From: Bispira polyomma
Taxonomy: Eukaryota
Assembly (NCBI GenBank): GCA_965649765.1
Contig: OZ287755.1
Location: forward strand, 59,024,001 to 59,088,000
Direction of reading: 5' to 3'
Length of the DNA: 64,000 nucleotides
The translations under genes and the position numbers were made by a program. The notes beneath the pieces are model-generated. The model was not told where the DNA came from and ran no database searches. It saw only the letters and a list, made by a program, of their open reading frames with translations. Position 1 is the first letter of the stretch; each line of letters starts with the position of its first letter. This document shows positions 13,460 to 26,137 of the stretch, in pieces.

Positions 13460-13600
13460 CTCATGAAAAAAAGCTCAAAACACCTCTGTATCAACTTGCT
13501 TTTCCACCTTTACATTTGCCGCCTGGTCACGACTGAACCCTGATCACAAACCTTTTCTGCTATCGGACTGTAATTTTGCATACAGATTGAGCTAGAGAAG
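13460..13600 (+). mobile_element. Short L2 3' remnant
   Basis: KKLKTPLYQLAFPP followed by GGTCACGACTG, resembling 25135-25200. Confidence 0.6.
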
Positions 13601-14404
13601 GAAAAACATCAGCATCAAACTATTAACATTGGTATATATGTTGTCATGGGTAGTTTATTAATGGAGGAAAGGTTGACCCATGACAAATAATATGTGGTCT
13701 AAGAATTACATTTTAATGACTTAAATTAATATTTATCTATCTGACCATAAGACCAAAATTGCCCCATTGTCATTCCATAATAAGGCAAAACCTGAAAGCA
13801 AATAGACATTCTAAAAAGTCGTATTGCCTGTTCCATCTACAATTCACTTATGACCAAATGTGTTTTGGCGGATAAAGTGTTGACCTCTGACCTCAAAATG
13901 GGATTATCACAGTTTAAGTTATAATAATAACCTTATCAAACTTGAAGCTATTTATCTTACTGAGGCCATTGTACCACCCCGCCACTGTACCAATCTGTAG
14001 CATGGATTAATTGAAAGTAACACAACCGTCCAAACCAAGGGGGTGTATCAGATGAATAGTTGTAAGGGGGTGCCAAGCAGGTCTGACTATATAGTGACCA
14101 TATCAACGTTAGTGTATTTCACTTTGCATCTGTGTAGTTTTAAAAGACCACTATTATTCACTATTGCTACAAGAGAAAGGTTTAAAGTGTCAGCACCAGA
14201 AATAACTCTGCAGCATTACTAGATATCAGAACAGATGACGTAGCAATGGTTTAATAATGTGGATAAAATGCATAATACTGGGTGGGTGTTGTTTTTAATT
14301 GCAGCGAAGGGACATAAATGGCAAATATAAACTGTTTATAGTGTGATACTGCATGGTCACGACCACTGTACGTTATATAAAATTGTCAAAATGATTTCTG
14401 TCTC

Positions 14405-14462
14405 ATGCGCCTTAGAATCCGCTAGCACAGAGATAAGCGCTATAAAAGTTAGATTAGATTAG
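14405..14462 (+). mobile_element. Solo L2 3' tail
   Basis: GCGCCTTAGAA...GATAAGCGCTATAAAAGT+(TAGAT)n, matching 11138-11205. Similar tails occur at about 7761-7800, 14650-14718 and 24672-24720. Confidence 0.8.
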
Positions 14463-14872
14463 TACTAGACATAGAAGCTAATGGCCGAGACAAACTTAGG
14501 TTTATTGGTCATCTAATGAAAACACTGGGTAGCATCGTAATAAGTTAGGGGACTGTGGTGGCCATATTTGAATTCAGTTGAGTCTTACTTTGCTTTTAAC
14601 AGCTTAGGTCATATTTAGAATTTTGATATTTTTTATTTACCCTTCTTATCAATGTGCTTAGAAGTTATGTTAAAGTACAAATTTTGAGCTCTATATAAGT
14701 TCAATTAGATTAGATAGATATATATAAGATAGAAGTCTTCAGCAAAAGCAAATTCATTATTTATTTGATTAACAAAAAAAACACCCATTCTGAGAAGATG
14801 CGGAATCAAGATGCTATTATGATATAATCAAAATTACTGCCACCGTGTATTTTTATATCTCTCACATCTGTG

Positions 14873-15230
14873 GTCCCCCATGACCTAGTTGTTAAGGAGT
14901 TGGATCTAATGATCAGAAGGTCTAGGGTACTCGACGCTCAGTTCCGGCCGATCGTTTTATTGGTTGGATAGCATCCTTGGGCAAGATGTGATTGCATAGT
15001 GGCTCGGATGACTACTTGAAAAGATCTGTCTCTGTCTCTATGTCCTATCCCTTGTCGCTTGCTAAAGGTTATTGGGGACGTTGAAAATCCTCAAGCATCC
15101 TCAAGCGTCTTTCTTCAGTTAGGGGGATGACAGTAACTGATGCAGTTGACTGTTACAGTCAGAAAAGGGTTACATATTGCTCTTAATACCGGATGAAGGT
15201 AGATATATATGCGCTGAGTGTAGATATAAA
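14873..15230 (+). mobile_element. tRNA/CORE-type SINE family C
   Basis: tRNA-like head, ATCCTTGGGCAAGATGTG, GTGGCTCGGATGAC and GGGGACGTTGA. Further copies lie at about 16886-17885 (split), 19495-19815, 30410-30640, 32042-32345 (split), 36470-36770(-) and 50385-50580(-). Confidence 0.8.
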
Positions 15231-15425
15231 TATAAAAACTAATATGTCCATTCATTGTAGAGTCATTACTTATCTATACATTGTCTTTTGATTTCTTATA
15301 TCTCCACCACAAGGTATATAGATTTTTTTCCCTGTAAGTTGCCCTTTCATTGGACTGTTTTGTTCTTTTGTTAGCGAAAACTACTGTAATGATTTTTTTT
15401 CACCAAACTTTGTATAGGACTAATA

Positions 15426-16190
15426 CCTAGGTCCCATTTACAAGGATGGATCTTCTTATTGATCAGTGACTATATGTTTCATGTACGCTTACATTAGGGA
15501 GCGTTTCAAAACTCTTTGCTGGTACACGTGAGCATTATTTCCTCCATACAAAAGCTTTTAAATATTAAAAACGTTCGTGGACGAATGCTCATTCGTGAGG
15601 GTTTGTGTATGGGGGGGTTGGGGTGGGGGGAGTGAGTATATCTGGGAGGCGTGAGTTTGAGTCCCTCCGATGCCTATGTGGGAAAGGTGGTAGTTCCTTA
15701 CTGTGGGATGTTGGTTTCAGTGCAGAACCTTGATCAACTGTATGCAGTGTTTCCTCTAGCGTTTCCAACTACCCGTCCCAATATACCCTAAACAGGTACT
15801 AGAGTTGACATTAAATATCCCAAATCAAAAAAAAAAAAATTCCTCAGTAGCAGATTGTGTTGGCTCATTTTGATTGGTTTTGCATTAGTGTCAATCAGTA
15901 GCAGTTAGTGACTAGTTGCAATTAGTGACATATTAGTGGGTATTTATTGTACTTTGTAATGTCTTTGTTTCTCAATAGTGGATGTTAGTAGAGGTTATGT
16001 GTCACTTTTAAGGCAGGTCCGTCACAGTTTAAATATAGATCATTTCAAACATGCCTCAACTTTGTAACAGTGGGGGAGATAATAGAGGGGGCGAGGTTTG
16101 CGATGGTCTATTTGTGGAGGAAATCCCACAAACAAGAATTTGCTAGATACAACCAATGCTGACGGACGTTTGTATGAATGAGACCGAGCC
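15426..16190. mobile_element. Harbinger-like non-autonomous DNA transposon (copy 1)
   Basis: Ends CCTAGGTCCCATTTA / TGAATGAGACCGAGCC-TTA, with internal similarity to 28053-28655. Confidence 0.75.
15641..15839 (+). mobile_element. SINE family A, 5'-truncated, nested in a DNA transposon
   Basis: Matches 2085-2287 with a poly(A) tail. Confidence 0.9.
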
Positions 16191-17078
16191 TTAGGTCAAT
16201 AGCCACAAAAGAATGCATACCTCTATACCATGGCACCAATAATGACAAAAAACCTACTGATTTGTACTAAACTTTGTGTGAGGCTAGGAATTGTCCAAAG
16301 GAATAAGCTACTATTTTTAGGTGGATGCATACCTCCGCAAAGGCATAGCAGAACAAAAAGAAATGCACAAATACCGGTATAGATCGGGCGCCATCTTGTT
16401 TGCACCCGTTAAAAAGCTTTGCGAGTCAAAACTGGTGTTGTTGAATTATTGCTGGAGCACATTTACTTCAGACACCAAAGTAAACTCCTATTTGGAAATG
16501 TATGTATAAATGCCTCTGTATATTTCACAGGCTGTGTTTTTACTGGTTATAGACAAAAAAGGCCAGTAACGAAAAATAACATTTAACCAAAAGGAAAGTT
16601 CACTGCATTTTAAAACCCAATTTGTTTTTGCTGCCATTTTAGCTACACACTTTAAACAAATTTCCTGAAGAAACTCATATGTACCAAATTGGTAAGAAAT
16701 TCCAAAACCTTTGGGGCTTACAGCAAATCCTGGCAACTTTTTCTTCATATGATTCATTCGAGAATGTAATTACTAGAGGCACTAATAGAATTAAGAAGAT
16801 TTTGGTACTACTTGATTTGTATAGTAAAATATTGACTTAATCCACAATTAAACACTCTAGGGTTTAGAGTAGCTTTGTTTTGTCCCCCCAAGCCTAGTGA
16901 CCTAGAGAGGTGGTCTAATGATCAAAAGGTCCAAGGTTCTACTTCCGGTACAGACTGTTAGTTTAATTAGTGACATGCTTTGGCAATATGTGTACACCAA
17001 TTTTTCCCAGTGGCTCGGATGACCACTTAAAATGGCGGTAGTCCTTTGTCACTGGGTCCTATCCCCAGTGGCAGGTTT

Positions 17079-17845
17079 GGCTCCAGTCACACAGTGCTTA
17101 CAACCAGTTAGAGAGCTGCTGCGACCTTTGTTTGTTCTCCGACTGATCTGCAACCAGTTCCTCAGAACGTGCCACCTCCGTGCCACAACTACTCAGAGGT
17201 TTTTGTTTGTCTTTGACTGGTCTTTGATATATTTTTTTCGGGAACCTATGTGACATATGTCTCCGACAAGTCTGAAGATCACTCGTCGATCTGAAAAACA
17301 ATCTTTAGTAATCCCAGCGACGGCGACTAATCTCTAATTAGTTGTACAAACAATCCCACATGTCGCCGACATGTGACACATCAATAGAAAGTCCTGACCA
17401 CTATTGAGTGATTTCTATTCAGTGTGCCACCAGTCTGCCATTAATCCCTGATTAGTCTCACCACCTATCGCTGTCCAATGCTTGTAAAATTCAGTATTTA
17501 TAGCCAACATAAGTATACTCCTTGAGGGATCTGCGATGGACATGCCACCAGTAGGGACCATTGTGGGACAAACAACGAGTAGTCTTTAATAGTCACATAA
17601 CAATCTCAGACTGGACACCGACAATCGCACCGAGGTCTTTGCCAGTAGCTGACCATCGCACAACCAATCCCTACAGATGTGGATCAGAAATTGGCAATCA
17701 TAAGAGTGGTAGGCGACAATATGTGTGACTTCTACCAAGACGTCTTGCAAAGATCCCAGGGAATCGCTAGAGATCGGTGGTTCTTCTTTGATTTTAAGGT
17801 CACAGCAGCTCTCTAACTGGTTGTGGGCACTGTGTGACAGGGGCT
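17079..17845. mobile_element. Non-autonomous DNA transposon (Harbinger-like) inserted in SINE C
   Basis: About 50-bp TIRs GGCTCCAGTCACACAGTGCTTACAACCAGTTAGAGAGCTGCTGCGACCTT / AAGGTCACAGCAGCTCTCTAACTGGTTGTGGGCACTGTGTGACAGGGGCT. The SINE sequence resumes on both sides. Confidence 0.88.
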
Positions 17846-20489
17846 TAAACCATCCTTGGGGACGTTGATAAATGGTTATCCTCTTGACATAAGAATATGT
17901 ACATTAATGTACTATTAACACAAATAAAATTCGTGAATGTTTGGGCGGTACTTCTTGATTTTTAAAGTAAAATATAGGGTTAATTCCACAATAAAATGGT
18001 GCAGGCTTTTAGTGCTGTTCCCCCAAAACAAACAACTTCAGGCAAACATGAACCAAAAATTGGGCCAAAAAAAGAAAAAGAAAACAAGGCTGTATTTCTG
18101 TTGTCTAGGTGGCCAGTGTTATAAAAGTGATTACTTACAGTGTATATAGTGGTTTGTATAGAAGGATAAAGTGATTTTCTTATAACCAGGATATGGTCCA
18201 AGATCCTTTCAACCTATAGTTCCTAAAATTAAGTGAATTTAAATCATCTATTGACACACTGAAGAATTTATCCTTAGTTTGACTTTTTCTTTCTACATTG
18301 CATACTTTTTTACTGCTTGTACTGGGTCTACCTTAAAATTGCCTTAAGTATGTAATTAGCAAAATAAGCAAATAACTTTCAAAATACTTAAAAGAACAAA
18401 ATATTTTTTTAAAATTAAGCTCAGATTCTAAGGCCTCAATATATCTGTTTTTACACTTTAAGTTTAAAGTCAAATCTGACTACATATTTGGGTTCAGTGC
18501 TGAAAGCTCTTCTGAAACTAAAGATTATAAGTACAGGTTTTTTAAATATAGACAGAATCTGAGTTTAACTTTGAGTTTCTTTCGGGAAAATATATGGTCT
18601 GCCCTTAATTCTCCCTTAAAGCTGTGTGGTAACATAGAACTTTAGTTTCAAAGAAAATTAGTTCAAAACTGCAGCTGCCTTAATAGTAAAAATAACAGTT
18701 ATTCTACCTTCCCATCGCCATCCCCCAGCTTTAAGGAATGAGGTCATTGGTCCTGAATACAGTATGCTCCGTTTCCATTCACATATAAAAAGTAATCCGT
18801 ATGATGTTATACGTACACGTCAATGTTTTAGCGCTCATTTTTACTGCTTAAGATACTGAACAAAATATTTAGTCATGAACATTGGATAGGTAATTGCTCA
18901 AAACTTATCTGTTCAGCAAGGCTTTTTAACCTTAGTTGGTTCAGCTTCCCAGCATCTCCATGGTGTGGACCTATGCCTCTTTAACAGATACATAAGCTAT
19001 GATCATCGTCTAAATTTGTATGCCCCTTGGAATCTGTTAATGTTTAGAGAATAACGGCTAAAAAAATGTGTGATTAAGACTAGGTAGGATTACGATAAAA
19101 ATTAAATGAAGTTATATCTGCCTTAGAAACTGTATATCTCTCATCGCCTAGTAGTTTGGTGATTAGACTGTCTATGGTTCAAACTCTCCTTTAGGTAGTT
19201 AGTCTGGTGATTAGGCGTTTCTTTCGTTTCGACTCTTGCTAACTGCCATTTTATTTTTATTGTACATTTTAAACGTGCTTTATTATTTAATAGAGGTATC
19301 TTTTCAAGCACAACAACTGAATCGATTAACCAATCATGTGTCCTCCGACGCAGCCTGCTTACATATTGCCCAATTATGTTATCCCACTAATGAACCTAGC
19401 AAAATCAGCAGGAGACAAACTCAGGTACCTTCTTTTCATCAGACCAACTCTGGGATCCAAAAGATTTTAGTGTAACACTTGTCTCCGATTCAAACTCCTA
19501 TTTGGGTAGTTGATCTGGTGATTGGAATGTTCTTGGTTCCACTTTTGCTTATGCAACTATGCTTATTAAGGGGATAACATCATTGGGCAAGATGTGAACA
19601 TGCCATTGCCTAGGGGCTTGGATGGTCACTTTAAATGGTGGGTCCTAAACCCAGTGGCAGGTTAAGGATCCTTGGGGTATGTTGGTATATAGATGGTGTC
19701 ACCCTCAAACCTCTGTCTTCCGGTGAGGGGCTTGCTATGAAACTGATACTGTTTGGCTATTCACAGCCAATAAAATGGTGAATTAATGCTTTGAATACTA
19801 GATAAAGGTCAATAAATTGTATTGTATTCTATCTTACATTTTTAACGCACCTTATTGATGCGAGGCATCTTCCAAAGCGCAACAACAGAATCAAGTACCC
19901 AAACAAAGGAAAAGTCAATACATAAGCATAGCTAGGCGTATGCACTGAGGATGAATTTGAACACAAAAAGTAGATGAACCTTGCCACATAGACAGATTGG
20001 TGTTTTGACATGTTTTTAGGAAATAGGGCATTAGTCTAACAGTTCAACGTCCTGAACAGATACTCTACAAGTAGATAAAAATAGAAAAAAAATTATTTCC
20101 AGTTTCCAATTATTTCCAAAACATTTTACTGCATGAACTGAAAGACTTGCTAGAGCTGTTAATCTAAGGATGCATCACCTACATGCAAACTTGTGAAATT
20201 AAACATGGATAAAAAATAAAAGTTTGTAAACACATGTAGTGTTAAGTGTTAACCTGAGATGACCATAAAAATATGTTCTGTTCTGCTTAAAGAGATTTGA
20301 CTGTAGTTCAGATTATCAAAGATCTTAAATACTAAAATTACTCATTCTAGTCTCAATATAGGCCATGCTCTTAAACCTTAGGTGTACCAGAAAGATATTG
20401 TAAAATCTGACCACATATATTTGAGATCCTTGCTGAAAGCTCTATTACAATGAATGATAACATCTCCAGATTATTGACATTTTTATTGA

Positions 20490-20660
20490 ACTTCTCCTAC
20501 TAATCCTTTACAAAAAATATTTAATATATTCTGTAACAGTTTAGGTCTCATCTCTCCACCAAATTTCCTGTAAATTGGTTCACTATTTTCTAGGTAATAC
20601 GAACAAACGAACAAATCAATGGACACAGGCAAAGACTTAATCTCCTTAACGAAAGTATAA
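20490..20660 (-). mobile_element. Helentron-associated (HINE-like) element fragment
   Basis: The minus strand reads TTATACTTTCGTTAAGGAGATT...TTTGTTCGTTTGTTCG...GAAATTTGGTGGAGAGATG, the layout of HINE-type 5' ends. A similar + strand piece lies at about 15295-15420. Confidence 0.55.
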
Positions 20661-22229
20661 ATTTAGTTAGGTTTTACGTCACTTTAAACAGCTAAGGTCA
20701 TATCACCATGACCGAAGCCACTGTATAAACCACTGGCCATACTGCAAAGACGTGACAAACTTTTCCAACCTAAAATAACCAACTGCTTCTCAACTCTACT
20801 CTCATTAGTAAACAAAATCTAAATAAGTTTTGTAGAAAACCTTTTTGTAACCATGGAAACCACTGAAAAAAGAAACTGGTTACATATTTAAGAGCACAAA
20901 GGTTAGCTACAATTAGGTTAGTGTCTATACTGTAATTTATGTAATTATCGCCCAGGGTTTTGTGATTATCCAAAAAAAGGGGGAGCAGGCATTATTGATA
21001 TCAGATTTTTACCTTGACTAATTGATGTCACACATCTTCTTTCCAGGCGCAACATCATTGACAAAGTTGTTAACATCGTAGTCTGTTTCTAATGCAAATT
21101 CATGATCGGGGAGGTTGCGCGAAGGAGAAAGATGTCTATAAAGGGTAAACAAGGATGAATAGATGGGTCTTAAGGTCGCTGCTGAAATTAAAAAGGATTT
21201 TAAAGAAAATAACAATTTTGATATGTTGTGGTATATTATAATGTTGAAAACAAATTCTTATTAATATGTATAAAACAGTGGATCTTTCTACAGAATATCT
21301 TGATTCTAAACCATAAGTCAATGCAACTTACATGCTGGCCTGTATTATCATACAATTGTCTAATTCAAGTCAGTATTTGATCTACTTTCAAAACAACTGT
21401 CTGAAGAAGAGATTTAACGATGTCCCATAATAGTTTAGTGTCGCACTTGCTGAAATATTGGCATTTGGTGGTCAAAATATACCTGTCAATGTGGGTCGTA
21501 TGTGTGTGTGTGTGGAGGGGGGGGGGGGTCTATAAGAGAGGGGTGGCCATTATTACATCCATTACGGTATGTATATTTTAGGAATGTTTGCAGACAGGTG
21601 TGTGGGGGGGATAGGGGAGATGGGGGGGATGACTGAGCAAACTGGGATGTAGTATGTGTGGTATATGAGCCTGTACGGTTAAGTCTGGATTTACTCAGAG
21701 AGAAATACCACTCAGAAGGTTGGAAACTATAGGAGCACTAGAATAATATTACAATAGCTAACCTATACAGGAGCTGGTTTCTGAAGTATTTGCCTAAATA
21801 CTAATGACAGTGGTTTATAAGTGGCAATGTGGGAAATCAAAGCTCCTTCCGTTTTATAAGTAGTTTTATTAGAAAATACAGCATTAGAAAATAATATAAC
21901 TATGTAAATTCAGTGAACTATTGCTTGATTATTGGGGGTGATCCCCCCCCCCCCACGTCAAACCACAAGGAAAATTTGAAAGGGGAATGGTGACGTCATA
22001 GTGGTATATGTTAGAGTAAAATCTGCAGAAAGTCCAAAATGCACTCTGTCGAGCTGTTCTTCTACTGTGCTGTAGAATCTGCATTACTTCTTATTTATAA
22101 AAGCTCCATTGGTTACCCGTGGAATACCAGATCATTTTTAAGTATAATTTTAACAACATAAATTTGGGTCAACCTTTTTACCTCCATTCCCTTATTCAGT
22201 CTAGTAATCTCACGCGTGGTAACCGATTA

Positions 22230-22500
22230 TCTGATTAGACGCAGTTAGTAATTTGCTGCTCCATATGAGTGAAATACATTTGCAGCTCACATTAGATCCC
22301 AAACATATATTCATAAATTCAGGACTAAACTCAAGACACATCTGTCCTGACTGGCTTTATCCTCCCACCTGAGCCAATTTCCCGTATGGTTGCCCTTGGA
22401 TGGTCATGACCCATTTCTGTCCTCTGACTAACTTCTTGGACAACCAATGCCTTAGACGATACTATATCAATTTAGCGCCATATAAATTCTTATTATATAA
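22230..22500 (+). mobile_element. Old L2 3' remnant
   Basis: FAAPYE*N...FRTKLKTHL and a tail GCCTTAGA...TTAGCGCCATATAAAT. Confidence 0.65.
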
Positions 22501-22616
22501 TCATAGGTTGAAAGTTATGTCAAACCGCAGCTACACTAAATCTATGGCGGAAGTAGTTTGTGGTGTGTGTTTTGTTACTCTGGCAGTCTCGATAACCTAT
22601 TATGTAAACATAGTTT

Positions 22617-23268
22617 GGTACCTACTATATGTCAGACTTTTGCGGTGATCGGAGCGGTGATCGCCCCGGCGGTGACGATGCACAAATCAAATTGCAAGGG
22701 GAAAAAGGGGTGTGAAAGAAGCGTGGATTGAGTGGAGAATCAAAGACAGGAGGGGGTGGGGGACAATAGGGGGGATCAGAGATTTGGAAGTAGAAGTGGT
22801 GATTGGAGGGAGCGGCGATACAGAGGGCGATGATACAGGCGGGGGCGGCGATTAGGGGAGAAGTGCAATTTGGGGGTGGGAGCGGCGATAGGTGTGGCCA
22901 GTGATATCGAGGGGGAGCGGTGATTAGGGGTAAAGTGGCAATTGAGGGAGAGTGGGGATGGTTCGAGTGGTGGCGATTGTTATCGCGAATATAGGTTCAA
23001 AAGGTTCTGATCTAATAAAATCAATTATGCAGAATTTTTGAGGAAATCTTTTTTGATGTGTTTATCAAAAGTGACTGACAGCCACCTGACTCCATTTTGC
23101 TGCTAAAGTCTCTCATGCACAGAATTAAATTTTCACTCATGTTTCGTAAATGCGATATTAGGCCTCACCACCCAAATTATAGTGGACCAATCAGAAATGC
23201 GGCGATAATCGCTGCACAAGTCAGAAAGACCAAGATCCAAGACAAAGTCTGAGGTACAGTAGGTACCC
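22617..23268. mobile_element. Non-autonomous DNA transposon whose right end lies in the 65-bp array
   Basis: The left end GGTACCTACTATATGTCAGACTTT is the reverse complement of AAAGTCTGAGGTACAGTAGGTACC in the array unit (21/24). The G-rich interior carries many GGCGAT motifs. Confidence 0.65.
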
Positions 23269-24400
23269 TAAAGTACCCCATATGTTTATGTTGTGGAAGA
23301 TCCAAGACAAAGTCTGAGGTACAGTAGGTACCCTTAAGTACCACATATGTTTATGTTGTGGAAGATCCAAGACAAAGTCTGAGGTACAGTAGGTACCCTT
23401 AAGTGCCACATATGTTTATGTTGTGGAAGATCCAAGACAAAGTCTGAGGTACAGTAGGTACCCTAAAGTACCACATATCTTTATGTTGTGGAAGATCCAA
23501 GACAAAGTCTGAGGTACAGTAGGTACTCTTAAGTACCACATATCTTTATGTTGTGGAAGATCCAAGACAAAGTCTGAGGTACAGTAGGTACCCTAAAGTA
23601 CCACATATCTTTATGTTGTGGAAGATCCAAGACAATGTCTGAGGTACAGTAGGTACTCTTAAGTACCACATATCTTTATGTTGTGGAAGATCCAAGACAA
23701 AGTCTGAGGTACAGTAGAAACCCTAAAGTACCACATATCTTTATGTTGTGGAAGATCCAAGACAAAGTCTGAGGTACAGTAGGTACCCTTAAGTGCCACA
23801 TATGTTTATGTTGTGGAAGATCCAAGACAAAGTCTGAGGTACAGTAGGTACCCTAAAGTACCACATATCTTTATGTTGTGGAAGATCCAAGACAAAGTCT
23901 GAGGTACAGTAGGTACTCTTAAGTACCACATATCTTTATGTTGTGGAAGATCCAAGACAAAGTCTGAGGTACAGTAGGTACCCTAAAGTACCGCATATCT
24001 TTATGTTGTGGAAGATCCAAGACAATGTCTGAGGTACAGTAGGTACTCTTAAGTACCACATATCTTTATGTTGTGGAAGATCCAAGACAAAGTCTGAGGT
24101 ACAGTAGAAACCCTAAAGTACCACATATCTTTATGTTGTGGAAGATCCAAGACAAAGTCTGAGGTACAGTAGGTACTCTTAAGAACCACATATCTTTGTG
24201 TTGTGGAAGATCCAAGACAAAGTCTGAGGTGCAGTAGGTACCCTAAAGTACCCCATATCTTTATGTTGTGGAAGATCCAAGACAAAGTCTGAGGTACAGT
24301 AGAAACCCTAAAGTACCACATATCTTTATGTTGTGGAAGATCCAAGACAAAGCCTGAGGTATAGTAGGTACCCTAAAGTACCCCATATGTTTATGTTGTG
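23231..24400. repeat. 65-bp minisatellite, 18 units
   Basis: Unit GAAGATCCAAGACAAAGTCTGAGGTACAGTAGGTACCCTAAAGTACCACATATCTTTATGTTGTG, with an exact 65-bp period. Confidence 0.97.
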
Positions 24401-24759
24401 GTCATGAATATGTAGTTTATATTCTTGATATGGATAAATATTATCTCCATAGCTATTGTTGTCCTAACTAACATACTTGGCTCCTATCTTTGCAGTCAGG
24501 GTTTTAAAACTAAACCCTTGTGTTTTGTGTGGAAAAGTTAGCAATTTATTTTATTGTCTTGTCTCACTTTCGTTGTTTGTGTGACTAGTGCATTCTTGTT
24601 GACGATCTTTGCATCGATGATGACTTCCTTCTGTCTATCACCAATGATTTTTGGCTCTGGCTGTAGTTTTTTTGCGCCTTAGAATTTGTTACAACGAAAA
24701 TAAGTGCTAAAAAGGTCTGATATAGTATTATTATAATCTACTTTATCATCCTTGTGTGG

Positions 24760-25320
24760 TCAACTCAATCCAGGTGCTTCTAACATGTCATTCAAGAGAT
24801 CACAATTCAAAAATTACTGAAGAGGAATTTAGACTATATTAAGATCGGACATATGCGCTCACACACAAAGCCTCTGCTTCAAAATTTGCACTGTTGAGTT
24901 CCATATTAAATTTAAGGTAAATGTTGTCATTTGTAATACAGTCTGTGTGCAGCAGCCAGCCTATTGAACATCTATGTTCAATCTCAGCATACAAAACCGT
25001 CTCTTCACCTCCGGTATGCTACCCAAAAAAACTGGCTGGCTCAAAATCATTTAAAGTTGCAGCACCTGCTGAGTGAAATATTCTCAATACTAACTAGTAT
25101 TCACACTGAGACAAGGATTACAGGCTTTAGGAAGAAGCTCAAAACACATTTGTATTAGCTTGCCTTTCCGCCTTAATATTCGTCTGTGGGTCATGACTGC
25201 ACTCTGACCACTTTTCCTCCTGTTGGGCTATTCTTTTGCACACTGATGTGGAATGTGTTCCACTGAGGATGCCTGGTCATCGATTGTGGCGCTATAGAAG
25301 TTTAAACATAAACATTATTC
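24760..25320 (+). mobile_element. Old L2 3' remnant
   Basis: FKVAAP and GFRKKLKTHLY*LAFPP*, then a 3' UTR ending GGCGCTATAGAAGT. Confidence 0.75.
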
Positions 25321-25589
25321 TAAACACCAACAAAAAAAAAACAGATATACATACACACAGAGATTACATGATGACTTTTCTATGTCTAGGTTAGCTTACA
25401 CCTCAGTTTGTATGTAATTGTACTCCATTTCCAAATGGAGAACCACTGACATGTACCCTAACCTACTTAAAATACACCCTATTAGAGTTATAATTTCTAT
25501 ATTTGTGTGCTACATACCATTTATTTTGTGCTTTTTTTTAATGACATGCATAAGTGTACACATTTTTTTTCATATAAACGAATTTATAT

Positions 25590-25833
25590 GAATTTTACTT
25601 GGGATATTTGACTGTTTAGGTTATATTGGAAAGAGTAGTTGGAAATGCTTGTGGAAACACTGCATTTAGTTGATCAAGGTTTTGCACTGAAACCAGCGGC
25701 CCACAGTAAGGAAGTACCACCTTTCCCACATAGGCATCGACTGAAAGCGAACCCACGCCAGCCGATCCCAGAGGTGGGAGACCAGTGATTGTGAAGGACA
25801 ATGCTTTATAACCACTAGGCCACCGCGGCCCCC
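25590..25833 (-). mobile_element. SINE family A
   Basis: Reverse-complement match to 2026-2275. Confidence 0.9.
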
Positions 25834-25884
25834 AAACGAGTTTACATAAAAAATCAACATATGGTACCTAATAGTACTACTACA

Positions 25885-26137
25885 ATTAGAACAACCCCAA
25901 AAGAATATTATCGCAAGGAACTGAAGCATATGTTTCCAGTAATAGGTTACAGATAGCTGGACTCACTAAAACACACACACCACACAGACTACTTCTGCCA
26001 TTTACTAACTGAATTCTGCTGTTCCACATTTTATTGTGAGGAACTGAAATAAAATAAAATAACATTTGTTGACAGTTTGTCAACAGACATAGGTTTTGGG
26101 AGAACGAAATGCTGTTGGCTGCTAGGGATTGAAAGGG
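25885..26137 (+). mobile_element. piggyBac-like MITE, same family
   Basis: Shared core GGACTCACTAAAACACACAC...CAGACTACTTC, ending GAAAGGG|TTAA. Confidence 0.78.

Noticed and set aside
23231-24400. Regular repeat array resembling a CRISPR; ORFs 23221-23409 and 24049-24345
   Set aside because: The units are contiguous with no unique spacers, no cas genes are present, and the context is eukaryotic. The ORFs are just translations of the repeat.
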